From a virus (taxonomy: Duplodnaviria > Caudoviricetes), in the IMG/VR virus record IMGVR_UViG_3300032296_000732, positions 1 through 63,665 of that record: a DNA stretch of 63,665 nt; one strand, given 5' to 3'. Positions 50,422-60,585 of the stretch are shown here, piece by piece (the stretch's first letter is position 1; each line of letters begins with the position of its first letter). The notes under the pieces are model-generated. The model saw only the letters and a list, made by a program, of their open reading frames with translations, was not told the origin of the DNA and made no database searches. The position numbers and the translations under genes are program-made.

Positions 50422-53400
50422 ATGGCTCAAAATTTCACCACCTTCACGCCGTTAGATACCGCTCCTAAATTCACCACTTTCACGCCTTTGGAGTCAGTGG
50501 CACCAAGCGTGGAAGATGAGGAAAGAAAAAAGCGGGAACAGACTCGTCGGCCAGAACAAGCCGCACCTGACATCCCTGCCGTGGGGACGATGGGCAATTT
50601 GTCTGATTTCTTTCCTGAGCCTGATGCTCAACCTCAAGCAGCGCCACAAACAAAAGGCGTGATCCAGCGTGTTGGTGATTTTTTCCGTCCGGAATTCAAA
50701 AGCGTTTTAGAGACGCCCCCGACAGCCGAGCAGCAGCAGCAAAACCGTGACCGTCGCTTATCCTACGGCGCAGGTCCAATCAATCAGCAAACCGAATCTG
50801 CTGCCAGCCTCTTGCGTTCTGGCGAGACTGGGACGCAAAGTCAAACTGTTCGCAGGGTTGCAAAAGCTATGGAAGAGCAGGGTCAACCGACCTTTGCTGA
50901 CATGGCTGCTAGAGCCAAGAGACCCGCAATCGTTCAGGCCGAGAGAGATGCCAAGGCCGAGGAGTTTCGCAGTGCTGGTGAGTGGGCTGCTGATACGCTG
51001 TCAGGTATTAGTCAGGGCACAGTCGGCTTGGTTGAGTTGCCACTGAATATCTTTGCGCCCAGCGGCGGCTTGGCAAAATCCTTGCGCGAAACGCAAAAGG
51101 AATTGCAAGCTCAAGAATCAGATGTGCTTAAGGCGCAACGGGCGCAGCTGCTTGAGCGTGTGCAGAACGAAGATGGCTTCTTTGGTAAGTACTTTGCCAC
51201 TGTTGAAAGCCTGATTACAAATCCTGCGATGGGTCTTTCTGAGGCCGTAAAGCAGGTGCCCAATTTCTTGAGCATCGTTGGTGCGGCCAAGCTGGGTACA
51301 GCCCTTACTGGTGCAGCGGTACACACAGCGAGTCGCGTTAGCCCAACCATAGCTTTGGCGGAGGCTATCAGCGGTAATGCCCTGTTGACCGGGGCGAGAG
51401 CTGCGGGCGCAACAGCTGGCGGTATAAGTGCTGCTACGCTGATGACCAGCGGTGATGCGGCGGGTAATGTCTACCAGACACTGACCGATCCCAAAAAAAC
51501 CCCGATGTCGGTTTGGCGCACAAACCCGGACTTTCAAAGTCTTGTTGCTCAAGGCAAAACACCCAAGCAAGCCATTGAAGAAATCTCAACAGCCAAGGCA
51601 CGTTTAGCTGCGGCCATCGTTGCTCCTTTGGGCGTGCTGGGATTCATGGGCGCTGAAGCGGCGTTTGTCGCGCAGGGCGGAATACGTGCTGCAATGCAGG
51701 CGGCAACACCCAAAGGCGCGGCCAAACTGGTCGGCAAAGAAATAGGACTAGAGCAAATTCAAGAAGGCGGCACGCAAGTAGGCGGTAACGTTGCCTCGCA
51801 GACGGTTAATCCACAGCAGAGTTTGCTTGAGGGCGTACCTGAAGCCATGGCGACTGCTGCTGTTACGTCGGGACCTTTCGCTGGTGCGGCTGTTGCACGG
51901 CAAATGCTGCAAGATCAACAAGCGCAAGTTGATCCTTTTGCCGAGGCTGAAGCCCGCAGAAGGCTTGATGTTCAATCATACGATCCCGGTCTTGTTGACC
52001 CTGCTTCTACTCGTCGGCCAACAGACTTTGATGCAGGCAAGAGACCGGATCAGTTGCTTGATGAGCGAGATGCAAGGATTGAACCCACGCTTGACGATGA
52101 AGCACTTATGAAGCAACCCTCCCCTCCAGTGGTGGGGGATGAGCTGTCCATGCAGGGTGATATACCGGGGATGGCCACTGAGGGCGACATAGCTGAGACT
52201 GATGTATCTCTTGCTCCGGGTGACACGTCAGTTACTCCGCCGGTCAGTGTAACACCTGTTACTCCTGTATCGACGCAAACACCAACCAAAGACAAATGGT
52301 TGAAAGCGATCAACGACCAAAACCGCTTGCAGCCAGAAGGCGGTGTGCAGTTAACAGTCACGCCCGAAGGCAAGCTCAATTTTATGGGCGACCCTAGCGC
52401 AACAAAGCAGGGCAGGGCGCTTGAGGCAACTTTAAACGAGGCCATCAAGGCTGGTGCAACGGTTGAAGAAATAGCCGCGTCCATTAACAGCGCCAAACAG
52501 CCCGCTCCACCAGTAACACCTGTTACTCTACCCCCTCCGACCAAAGCTGCCGAGTCTCTGCCCGAGACGCCAACAGTGCCGCCGGTAACGACACCCAAGC
52601 TGTTTGAGCCGCCAGTTGCTGGTCATGCTGTGGCTGACTTCCCTGTCGTTCAGGTGCCCGTGGCCGACCTTAAATTGTCGGAGGACGTGCCGCAATTCAA
52701 AGCTGGTGCGACTGACAAGGGCGTGGTTGATCCGTTGACCGGCAAATTCACACAAGAAGGCGTAGCGCCAATTGCTGTTTGGCGCAGGCTTGATGGCACG
52801 CTGGAGGTAATTTCTGGCCGTCATCGTTTGGACCTTGCGCAGCGCAGCAAGACCAAGTTCATCAATGCTCAGGTATACGACGAGGCCCAAGGGTTCACTG
52901 CTGTAGATGCCTCTACGCTGGATGCAGAGTTAAACATACGGGACGAGCAAGGAAAGGTAAAGGACTATGTCAACTTCTTCAAAGCAAGCGGTACGGACCG
53001 GGAAACAGCCGAGTCAAAAGGACTTCTGGGACGGGTTAAGGGCAAGCGGGGTTTCGCAATCGCAAATCAAGGATCGGATGCTCTCATTACCGCGCTTAAC
53101 GGAGATCAAGTCGGCGACGAAGCGGCGTACTACATCGCGATAAACGCACCGAATGACGAGAGGCTGCAAGGCGTGGGTCTTCAGTCAATCATGGATGGCA
53201 AGTCTATGAACGCGGCTGTAAACACCATGCAAGCCGTTAAGGCTATGGCGGCAGAGCGGGACACGACAGCCGACATGTTCGGGTTTGACGATAGCCTGAT
53301 CAAAGAAGCACAAGAGATGGCAAAGATTGCCTCCAAGATGCAGCAGTCTATTGCCTCCCGCTTGTCTGCTATTTCTGGTGCAGCAAAGAATCCTGCCATG

Positions 53401-56400
53401 GCCAAGGCAGAGGGCATCGATGTGCGTGATCCCGAGGCGGTCAAGCGGCGCATTGCAGAGCTTAAAGAGGTAAAGGCTGCGCTTGAGAACTGGTCAACAA
53501 ACCCAGAGATCGTGGCCGAGATTCGTGCGCAACGTGGAGTAGCGGCACCGCAGTTTGAGTTGAAGGCCGAAACACCGCAAGAGACTGTCGATAGAGAGAG
53601 CACACAAGACGCAGAGCGCCGTGCTGCTGAAGAGAAGAATCAAGCCGACAACGAAGTTGACTTTTTCCAGCTCCAGCCACAGACGCAAGAAAAGACCGAA
53701 GCGCCAACGGAAGATATGTTTGCTGGCGAGGCGGGGCCGTCTGCTGAATTCACAGCGGCACGTGAGTTGCGTAACCGTGCGAATGATGCCTTTATCAAAG
53801 CGCAAGAGGCGCTTTTAAATGGAGAGATTAGCGGCGAAGACTATGAGGCATCCCGCAAGGTTTACGACAAGGCGGTTGCTGATTTTGAAAAGGCAAGCAA
53901 GAAAGAGCAGGGCCAGACAGAAACGCAGGCCATCAAAGACGAAACGGAGTTTATTGAGGAGAGCACCAAAGACAAGCTGGAAGCTATCGCTCAAGACTTC
54001 ATGGTGGGCGACATGGTCCGCTTTGGAAGCATCTCAGGCACCGTGGTGGGCATTGAGGGCGACTACGTCCGCATGCGTCCTGATACAGCCACATCGCCGA
54101 AAGCATATCAGCGCGTACCCAAGACATCGCTGACCATTGTTGCTCGGCCAGACAACACCAGCATGGTGTCTTTCTCTAAAGAGCAGGACAATAAGTTTGG
54201 TGACGAGGCGGGTCAGCTCAATGCCAACATGGGCAACTTGATCCAGCTGCTTGGCGCAAACATGTACAGCTCTTCACTGGCTGAAGTGACGATCAAAGAG
54301 TTGTTGCAGAACTCTTTCGATGCCGTCAAAGGTGCTGTCGCCGACACAAATGCCAAGGGCGAGAAGATCAAGTCTCTGTACAAGACAGGGAAGATTGAGA
54401 TCACGATTGACCAGCTTAATAGAACCATCACCATCAAAGACAACGCACGTGGCATGACGCCGCAGATTGTTCGTGATGCCTTCTTCACCGTTGCAGGATC
54501 GGACAAGTCTGATCTTCCACCGGGCCAGCGAAGTGGCGGACTTGGTTTGGCAAAGATGGGCTTCATGCTTGGTGCGGAAAACCTGAAGTTAGATACCGTG
54601 CGTGATGGCGTGCGGGTAACAGTGGACACATCGTCTACCAACATTGCCAACAACAACTTCACGATTCAGAAATCGCCCGCTCCAAAAGACGAGCACGGTA
54701 CCACGGTCACCGTGAAGATTCCCGAGTTCTATATTGACCCGAAGAATGGCGATGAGCGACCCATTTATTTCCCGTACTCCGTCAGGTCAGTTAGCGCACT
54801 GAACCAGCCTCTAATTGGGCCGGTAGAAGTGTCGGTAAAGTTAAACCAAGACCCCGAAGTAGTTTTGCCTGTCGGCGTTAATTTTGCGGACAAAAATTAC
54901 TCCAAATTCAAAGCAAACTTTGATTGGGGTTCTGCTGATATTTTCTTTGGCATTGAAAGGAAGCAAGACAGATACAGCATAAATCACAAAGTATTATCTG
55001 CGGGCGTTTACCAATTCAGTCCAGATTTTTCGTTGGATGATGAAAAAATTCCCTATGATATTGTTGTCAATATATCTCCAAATGTAGATGCCCGTCATCC
55101 TGATTATCCTTTTGTTAATAGCCGAGAGAATTTCAAAGACAGGATCAAAAAAGACGTTGAAGCATTGCAGGCGTATCTGGGTCAGATAGCACGCGGGCTT
55201 GAGGCAAAGGACTTGCAAGAGTCGTTTAAGGGCGTAGTGTCTATGCCTCGCATGGAGGCGGGTCAGGACATTGCTGACATCTCAGACAAACTCAAGAAGA
55301 CATTTGACAAGAAAAAACCCGAAGCGCCATCGGTCATAAAAGAGTTGCCCAAAGAAGTGACGGTGACTGCCGACACTGTGACGGACACCAAGACCCAAAA
55401 AGTTTTGGTTGACGTAAAAGGCAAGGAAAAGGAAAAGCAGAAAGACGCATCGTTTAAAGGCAGTGTTACGCCCAAGTCTGCTGACTTCATGCTGGACTTA
55501 AAGCAAGACCCCAAGCTGCCTGCGTTCCACAACAACACCAACGTTGATTACCTTGAGATTGGTCGTCCGTATGGTGAGCCAGAGAAGTTCTTTGCTGAAC
55601 TTGGCACGCTTGTTGTTGAAATGAAAGAAGACTTGGCCAAGAGTGGCATGTATGGATACTCAACGCTTGCACCTGAGAACCTGTTTTTTGCTGGCATATC
55701 GATAGACAAAAAATACGGCGGCGTTCACATCAAGGTGCCGTACAAGGCGGTCTTCATTAACCCGTTCTACAGCTTTGGTGCCCGTACCCTTTTTGGTACG
55801 CGCCAGCAGCAGTTGAACGTGATGATCCACGAGATTGCTCACACGGGTTCTATGGATCATGGTGTTGCGCACAACGCACAGATGATCAAAGTCGAGCAAT
55901 ACCTTGCGGACGAAGGCTTGCTTGACTATTACCGCGACGCTATTTTGGACATTTTGCGTCGGCACGAATCAACATTTACCGCGATGAAAGAAGCCTATGA
56001 CCGATCTTCAACTCAAAACGTTGCAAAGTCTCTTGAGGATTACGAAAAAGGCTCCGCCGCAGCATCGGCTAGAGGAGATACAGGTGGCGCTGGAGACGCG
56101 ACTTCAGCTGTATCTGCAAGAGGGGGACAAGGCCGGGGCGAAGGTGTACCAAGAACTCAAGAAGATGATGCGCAACAAGACCGTGGAGCAGCTGGAGAAA
56201 TTAGCGGGGAACTTGACGCCGACAAAAGGCTAATAAAAAAATACAACCGGCCCGCTACTCCGCAGCTGGACCCAAGTCCGACAAAGACTGTCTTGGTCAA
56301 TGGCGCGAAGGCAAGCAAAGAGTATTTGAAACTTGCTTTCGAAGACCCGCTTGATGCTCTTGGCACGGCAGCGAATGCTGTTGATCGCGGCGTGATGTAC

Positions 56401-59169
56401 GCACGCAACAAGAACGTTTGGTTTGGCTCCGGATTGAACGCGGCTGACTTTACCAAGTACAACGGCCAACTGAAAACAAGTCAGGGGCTGGCGACTGGTT
56501 CTGTTGCGTTGGACAACGCCATTCGCGGGGGTCAGATTTCTACCGAAGTCATCTTCCAAGGCGGCATCAGGTTTGATCCCAAGAGCCTAAACTTTGTGGC
56601 CACCAAGAAGGCCAAGGGCATGCGCGGTGTGTATGAGGCCGAGGCTGCACTCAAGAAGAGGCTGGGAGACCAGCTGGGCACCGACATCATTCAGGGCTAC
56701 CTTGAGGCCAAGCGTAGCCGCAGCATTCAGAACGAGTTTTTTGAACGCCAAGCAAAATTGGAAGTATTGCAAGCGGAGTACGAGCAGCTGCTTGAAAGCG
56801 GCGCGTCTGAGAAAGATATTAAGATTGCAAGAGACGATTTGGCTGACGCTAGAAAAGAGTTTAAAGACATTGAGATTGTGTTCAACAAGATCAATATGTC
56901 TGACCCTGAGATTGACGAGTTCATTGCCCGAGATCAAGAGCATCCAGAGCTGCGCAAGATCATGGACAACTGGTCTGCGGTCAACAAGAACATGCTCAAT
57001 TTCTGGCGGCAGGTTGGCTTGCTTTCCACGAAACGATACGATGCCCTGTCGAACATCAAAGACTACGTGCCGTGGCAGCGGATCATGAATGACGAGACAG
57101 ACATTCATTCTCCTGCGCAAACGACCAACAGAACGATGACCAACATCGGGCTTGAGCGCGTCTTTAAAAAGGGCACGCCCACTGTTATCACTGACTTCAA
57201 AGCCGAGAAGGATCAGCAGGTTTTCAAGATTCAGCCTGCCAAGGTTTTGGTTGTTGAGGTCAACGGCAAGACGATCAACCCATCGGACATCCAAGCAACC
57301 CCAGAGGGTGAGGTGCGTTTGAACGTGCCAATTGCTGAGGGTGATTTGGTTGTGTTCACGGCCAGCAGAGAGATTGAGAACATCATCGATAACATGACGC
57401 GCAACGTCATGCGTATGACGATGAACGGCTTGCGTCAGTACGCCGCACAAAGGATCGTTAACGAGTACGCCACGCGAGATGCCAAGGGCAAGGTAATGAC
57501 CTTCCCCAAGGTTGATCTTGAAAAGGGCCGGTTCAATTTCATCGTGAACGGCAGGCGAGTGGTTGTGGAGATTCAGGACCCGCTGATTGCAGAATCCATC
57601 ATTGGCATGGAGACGCTGGGTATTGCCATGTACCCGATCTTGGCAGCAGCAGCCAACATCACCCGTCGCTCAATCACTTTGTCTGGTGTGTTCCAGATCA
57701 AGCAGGTCTTCAAGGATGCACCTACTGCGGCTTTCGTTACTGGCGTTAAGAATCCTTTGGCCCTGATCGGCGGTGTGTACAAGGGCTTCCTCACAAGCCT
57801 GACCAACACAGACCCGACCATTCAGATTCTGAAGTCTGCGGGTATCGGTGGATTCCAAAGCGCAGCCAGAACCCCAGAGGCAGAGGTCAAGCGCCGCATC
57901 GGTATCATGAACCGCAACGTGTTTGACTTCATCATCAAGGGGCTGGACCACATCGGCGACTCCTCCGATATGGCGCAGCGGGTTGCCGTCTACAAACGTG
58001 TGCTGGCCGAGACTGGTAATGAGGCGCAGGCTTTGTATCAGGCTGCAAACGTGATCAACTTTTTGCACCACGGCTCAGGCCAAGCGGCTCAGTTTGTCGT
58101 GAAGACTGTGCCATTTGCTGGGGCGTATGCAAACTCCATCGACGTGCTTGCACAGGCCCTTGTTGGCGGCGGTCTTCGCGGCAACACCAGAGCAAAGAAT
58201 CTTCAGCGGCTTGCGGTAACCGGCTCACTGCTGGCTACCACAACACTGCTGTACTGCATGATGGTGGGTGATGATGAAGAGTACAACCAGCTTGATGACC
58301 AGACCAAGCTGCGCAACTACATGATCCCCGGCACCAAGATCATGTTGCCGATGAACACCAGTGCGGCGTTTTTCTTCAAGGCCATTCCAGAGATGATCTA
58401 CAACAAGATCGTCAAGGAAGGGACTGACAACGCCGTGGATGAGCGTCGCTTGCGGACTGCCTTGAAAGAGGCTGCAATTGATCTTCTGCTTGGCCCCACT
58501 CCCGTGCCGTCTGCGGTCAGGCCAATTATTGAAATTGGTTTGAACAGGGACTTCTTCACGGGTCGTTCGGTGGTGCCAGAGGCTTTGGCCAAATTGGATG
58601 CTGCCGAGCGATACACAGCAGAGACCAGCGAGTTGGGCAAGATGCTGTCGGGCTTAACCGGGACTGATGAGAAGCGCATCCTTGATCCTATGGAGGCAGA
58701 TCATATTGTTCGCGGCATCTTTGGCACAACGGGTGCGATGGTGCAGTGGTTCTCAAACAGTATTGGTGCCGCAGCTGGTGAGCGGATTGCGCCCACCGAG
58801 AAGCAGCAGCCACTCACTGGCCCGTTCTTGCGTGCAGATGTACCGCGCCGCAACGAAGACTTGTTCTACGACTTTAAGAAACTTGTGGACAACAAGTACG
58901 GCACTTATTCAAAGATGATCGAGCGCGAAGACTACGAAGCTGCCGACAAGTATTTGGAGAAGCACGGTGATATCGTCAAGTCCTACGAGTACACCAATGA
59001 GCTGGATACGGAACTCAAAGAGATCAACGCGATGATTCGTTACTACGGTGAATCAAAAGAGACAACCCTGACCCCCAAGGAGCGTCGCGCAGAGGTGATT
59101 GATTTGCAGAGACTCAAGCAAGAAATCCTTGACTCGGTCATAGAGTTCCGCAAAGAGGCTGGGCTATAA
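50422..59169 (+). CDS. giant polyvalent internal virion protein (ParB-like, GHKL ATPase, zincin, LPD38-like)
   Basis: ISGRHR (ParB-like), ELLQNSFDA/DNARGM/GGLGLAK (GHKL), HEIAH, C-terminal NRDFFTGRSVVP. Confidence 0.75.
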   Translation: MAQNFTTFTPLDTAPKFTTFTPLESVAPSVEDEERKKREQTRRPEQAAPDIPAVGTMGNLSDFFPEPDAQPQAAPQTKGVIQRVGDFFRPEFKSVLETPPTAEQQQQNRDRRLSYGAGPINQQTESAASLLRSGETGTQSQTVRRVAKAMEEQGQPTFADMAARAKRPAIVQAERDAKAEEFRSAGEWAADTLSGISQGTVGLVELPLNIFAPSGGLAKSLRETQKELQAQESDVLKAQRAQLLERVQNEDGFFGKYFATVESLITNPAMGLSEAVKQVPNFLSIVGAAKLGTALTGAAVHTASRVSPTIALAEAISGNALLTGARAAGATAGGISAATLMTSGDAAGNVYQTLTDPKKTPMSVWRTNPDFQSLVAQGKTPKQAIEEISTAKARLAAAIVAPLGVLGFMGAEAAFVAQGGIRAAMQAATPKGAAKLVGKEIGLEQIQEGGTQVGGNVASQTVNPQQSLLEGVPEAMATAAVTSGPFAGAAVARQMLQDQQAQVDPFAEAEARRRLDVQSYDPGLVDPASTRRPTDFDAGKRPDQLLDERDARIEPTLDDEALMKQPSPPVVGDELSMQGDIPGMATEGDIAETDVSLAPGDTSVTPPVSVTPVTPVSTQTPTKDKWLKAINDQNRLQPEGGVQLTVTPEGKLNFMGDPSATKQGRALEATLNEAIKAGATVEEIAASINSAKQPAPPVTPVTLPPPTKAAESLPETPTVPPVTTPKLFEPPVAGHAVADFPVVQVPVADLKLSEDVPQFKAGATDKGVVDPLTGKFTQEGVAPIAVWRRLDGTLEVISGRHRLDLAQRSKTKFINAQVYDEAQGFTAVDASTLDAELNIRDEQGKVKDYVNFFKASGTDRETAESKGLLGRVKGKRGFAIANQGSDALITALNGDQVGDEAAYYIAINAPNDERLQGVGLQSIMDGKSMNAAVNTMQAVKAMAAERDTTADMFGFDDSLIKEAQEMAKIASKMQQSIASRLSAISGAAKNPAMAKAEGIDVRDPEAVKRRIAELKEVKAALENWSTNPEIVAEIRAQRGVAAPQFELKAETPQETVDRESTQDAERRAAEEKNQADNEVDFFQLQPQTQEKTEAPTEDMFAGEAGPSAEFTAARELRNRANDAFIKAQEALLNGEISGEDYEASRKVYDKAVADFEKASKKEQGQTETQAIKDETEFIEESTKDKLEAIAQDFMVGDMVRFGSISGTVVGIEGDYVRMRPDTATSPKAYQRVPKTSLTIVARPDNTSMVSFSKEQDNKFGDEAGQLNANMGNLIQLLGANMYSSSLAEVTIKELLQNSFDAVKGAVADTNAKGEKIKSLYKTGKIEITIDQLNRTITIKDNARGMTPQIVRDAFFTVAGSDKSDLPPGQRSGGLGLAKMGFMLGAENLKLDTVRDGVRVTVDTSSTNIANNNFTIQKSPAPKDEHGTTVTVKIPEFYIDPKNGDERPIYFPYSVRSVSALNQPLIGPVEVSVKLNQDPEVVLPVGVNFADKNYSKFKANFDWGSADIFFGIERKQDRYSINHKVLSAGVYQFSPDFSLDDEKIPYDIVVNISPNVDARHPDYPFVNSRENFKDRIKKDVEALQAYLGQIARGLEAKDLQESFKGVVSMPRMEAGQDIADISDKLKKTFDKKKPEAPSVIKELPKEVTVTADTVTDTKTQKVLVDVKGKEKEKQKDASFKGSVTPKSADFMLDLKQDPKLPAFHNNTNVDYLEIGRPYGEPEKFFAELGTLVVEMKEDLAKSGMYGYSTLAPENLFFAGISIDKKYGGVHIKVPYKAVFINPFYSFGARTLFGTRQQQLNVMIHEIAHTGSMDHGVAHNAQMIKVEQYLADEGLLDYYRDAILDILRRHESTFTAMKEAYDRSSTQNVAKSLEDYEKGSAAASARGDTGGAGDATSAVSARGGQGRGEGVPRTQEDDAQQDRGAAGEISGELDADKRLIKKYNRPATPQLDPSPTKTVLVNGAKASKEYLKLAFEDPLDALGTAANAVDRGVMYARNKNVWFGSGLNAADFTKYNGQLKTSQGLATGSVALDNAIRGGQISTEVIFQGGIRFDPKSLNFVATKKAKGMRGVYEAEAALKKRLGDQLGTDIIQGYLEAKRSRSIQNEFFERQAKLEVLQAEYEQLLESGASEKDIKIARDDLADARKEFKDIEIVFNKINMSDPEIDEFIARDQEHPELRKIMDNWSAVNKNMLNFWRQVGLLSTKRYDALSNIKDYVPWQRIMNDETDIHSPAQTTNRTMTNIGLERVFKKGTPTVITDFKAEKDQQVFKIQPAKVLVVEVNGKTINPSDIQATPEGEVRLNVPIAEGDLVVFTASREIENIIDNMTRNVMRMTMNGLRQYAAQRIVNEYATRDAKGKVMTFPKVDLEKGRFNFIVNGRRVVVEIQDPLIAESIIGMETLGIAMYPILAAAANITRRSITLSGVFQIKQVFKDAPTAAFVTGVKNPLALIGGVYKGFLTSLTNTDPTIQILKSAGIGGFQSAARTPEAEVKRRIGIMNRNVFDFIIKGLDHIGDSSDMAQRVAVYKRVLAETGNEAQALYQAANVINFLHHGSGQAAQFVVKTVPFAGAYANSIDVLAQALVGGGLRGNTRAKNLQRLAVTGSLLATTTLLYCMMVGDDEEYNQLDDQTKLRNYMIPGTKIMLPMNTSAAFFFKAIPEMIYNKIVKEGTDNAVDERRLRTALKEAAIDLLLGPTPVPSAVRPIIEIGLNRDFFTGRSVVPEALAKLDAAERYTAETSELGKMLSGLTGTDEKRILDPMEADHIVRGIFGTTGAMVQWFSNSIGAAAGERIAPTEKQQPLTGPFLRADVPRRNEDLFYDFKKLVDNKYGTYSKMIEREDYEAADKYLEKHGDIVKSYEYTNELDTELKEINAMIRYYGESKETTLTPKERRAEVIDLQRLKQEILDSVIEFRKEAGL

Positions 59170-59173
59170 AAAT

Positions 59174-59191
59174 GGGGGGCCGAAGCCCCCC
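59174..59191. terminator. hairpin between convergent genes
   Basis: GGGGGGC-CGAA-GCCCCCC preceded by an A-run. Confidence 0.65.
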
Positions 59192-59224
59192 TAAATGCCA
59201 ACCAAGGCAACTGCGGTGGCACAC

Positions 59225-59581
59225 CTAGTCTAGCGTGTGGATTAGGATCGTGCAACCGCCGCCCTTTTGAATTTGCTGCCGGGTGACGTGCAGCTCATCA
59301 ATTTGGCTATCTGACTCATAACATCCAGCGTGTTCACAGGCATCAAGCAAAGCCTTGAGCACGTTGTCTACGTCCCGCTTTCTCCTATCAGGCGGGAACA
59401 GTGCTACATGCACAGCCAATCGCCCCTCAAGGGCCTGTATGCCCTGCGCTGCACACTCCTCCGCCACGGCCATACGAAACGCCCGCCCATGCTTGCTAAT
59501 GTAGCGGATGTTCCCGCTGCTCATCCAGTAGTGGTTCACGCTTGGCGGATACGGCAAAAGAATTTGAATATGTTTTGTCAT
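59225..59581 (-). CDS. rusA: RusA Holliday junction resolvase
   Basis: PYPPSVNHYW...PPDRRKRDVDNVLKALLDA...DSQI. Confidence 0.88.
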   Translation of the reverse strand: MTKHIQILLPYPPSVNHYWMSSGNIRYISKHGRAFRMAVAEECAAQGIQALEGRLAVHVALFPPDRRKRDVDNVLKALLDACEHAGCYESDSQIDELHVTRQQIQKGGGCTILIHTLD

Positions 59582-59643
59582 AGGCGAATCGTAGCAGCTG
59601 TTATGCTATGATGCAACACATGAATGTAAATAGGTACAAGCAG

Positions 59644-59672
59644 TTGACAGTACTGGAAAACTCATGCACAAT
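59644..59672 (+). promoter_or_regulatory. sigma70-type promoter
   Basis: TTGACA-17 nt-CACAAT, then RBS AGGAGGT. Confidence 0.5.
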
Positions 59673-59706
59673 TTAATTGTGTCGCACTAACAGGAGGTGA
59701 AAAGAC

Positions 59707-60576
59707 ATGAAGCTGACCAACAAATTCAACATCCCGCAAACGTTCGTTAACGTTTTGCGCCGACCAACATACACGAAGGGAGGGGCAAACCTCAGCGTTA
59801 CCCAGCTAATCAACAGCCCCAAGATAGTGAGCTTGACCGCAAAACATCAAGGGGAATTAGAGGAAGACGTGGCAGACATGGTCTGGTCTATCTTTGGTTC
59901 TGCTGTTCACTCCATCTTGGAGCACGGCAAAGACGACAACCATATCGTTGAGCAGCGTCTTCATGCTCAAGTCAACGGCTGGAACATCAGCGGAGCAGTG
60001 GACTTGCAGATTGACTCTGAGGCCGGAACTCAGATACGCGACTACAAAACAACGAGCGCATGGGCGGTGATGAATGAAAAGGCCGAATGGGAACAGCAGC
60101 TCAACATCTACGCATGGCTTGTTGAGATTGTCAGGAACGTGAAAGTCATCGATCTTGGCATCGTTGCCATCATCCGCGACTGGAGCCGCAGGGATGCATT
60201 GACGCGGGACAGCTACCCAGAAGCGCCGATCAAAGAGCTGCCGATCAAGTTGTGGACGATGGATGAGCGCATGGCATTCATCAGCGACCGCATTGAACTG
60301 CACTCGGCTTGTGATTTTGCGCTGGAGACGGGCGACGATCTGCCGCCTTGCACTCCATCGGAAATGTGGGAGAAGCCTGCCGTTTATGCGGTACGGAAAA
60401 AAGGTGGTGTCAGGGCAAAGTCTCTGCACAGCACACAGGAAGAAGCAGACGATGCTTTGGCTGCTTTGGGTAAAGACTACGAGCTGGACCTGCGGCCCGG
60501 AGAGAGAACACGCTGTGCAAATTTTTGCCCAGTCAATCAGTGGTGCGATCAGTGGCGCACCTTTCAAACCAAGTAA
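59707..60576 (+). CDS. PD-(D/E)XK (Cas4/RecB-like) exonuclease
   Basis: GSAVHSILE, ISGAVD, IRDYKTT, QLNIY, C..FC...WC. Confidence 0.8.
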   Translation: MKLTNKFNIPQTFVNVLRRPTYTKGGANLSVTQLINSPKIVSLTAKHQGELEEDVADMVWSIFGSAVHSILEHGKDDNHIVEQRLHAQVNGWNISGAVDLQIDSEAGTQIRDYKTTSAWAVMNEKAEWEQQLNIYAWLVEIVRNVKVIDLGIVAIIRDWSRRDALTRDSYPEAPIKELPIKLWTMDERMAFISDRIELHSACDFALETGDDLPPCTPSEMWEKPAVYAVRKKGGVRAKSLHSTQEEADDALAALGKDYELDLRPGERTRCANFCPVNQWCDQWRTFQTK

Positions 60577-60585
60577 AGGAAATAT

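Noticed and set aside
59707-60576. Cas4 as part of a CRISPR system
   Set aside because: It sits with ERF, SSB-like and RusA genes as a typical phage recombination module; no cas genes or array
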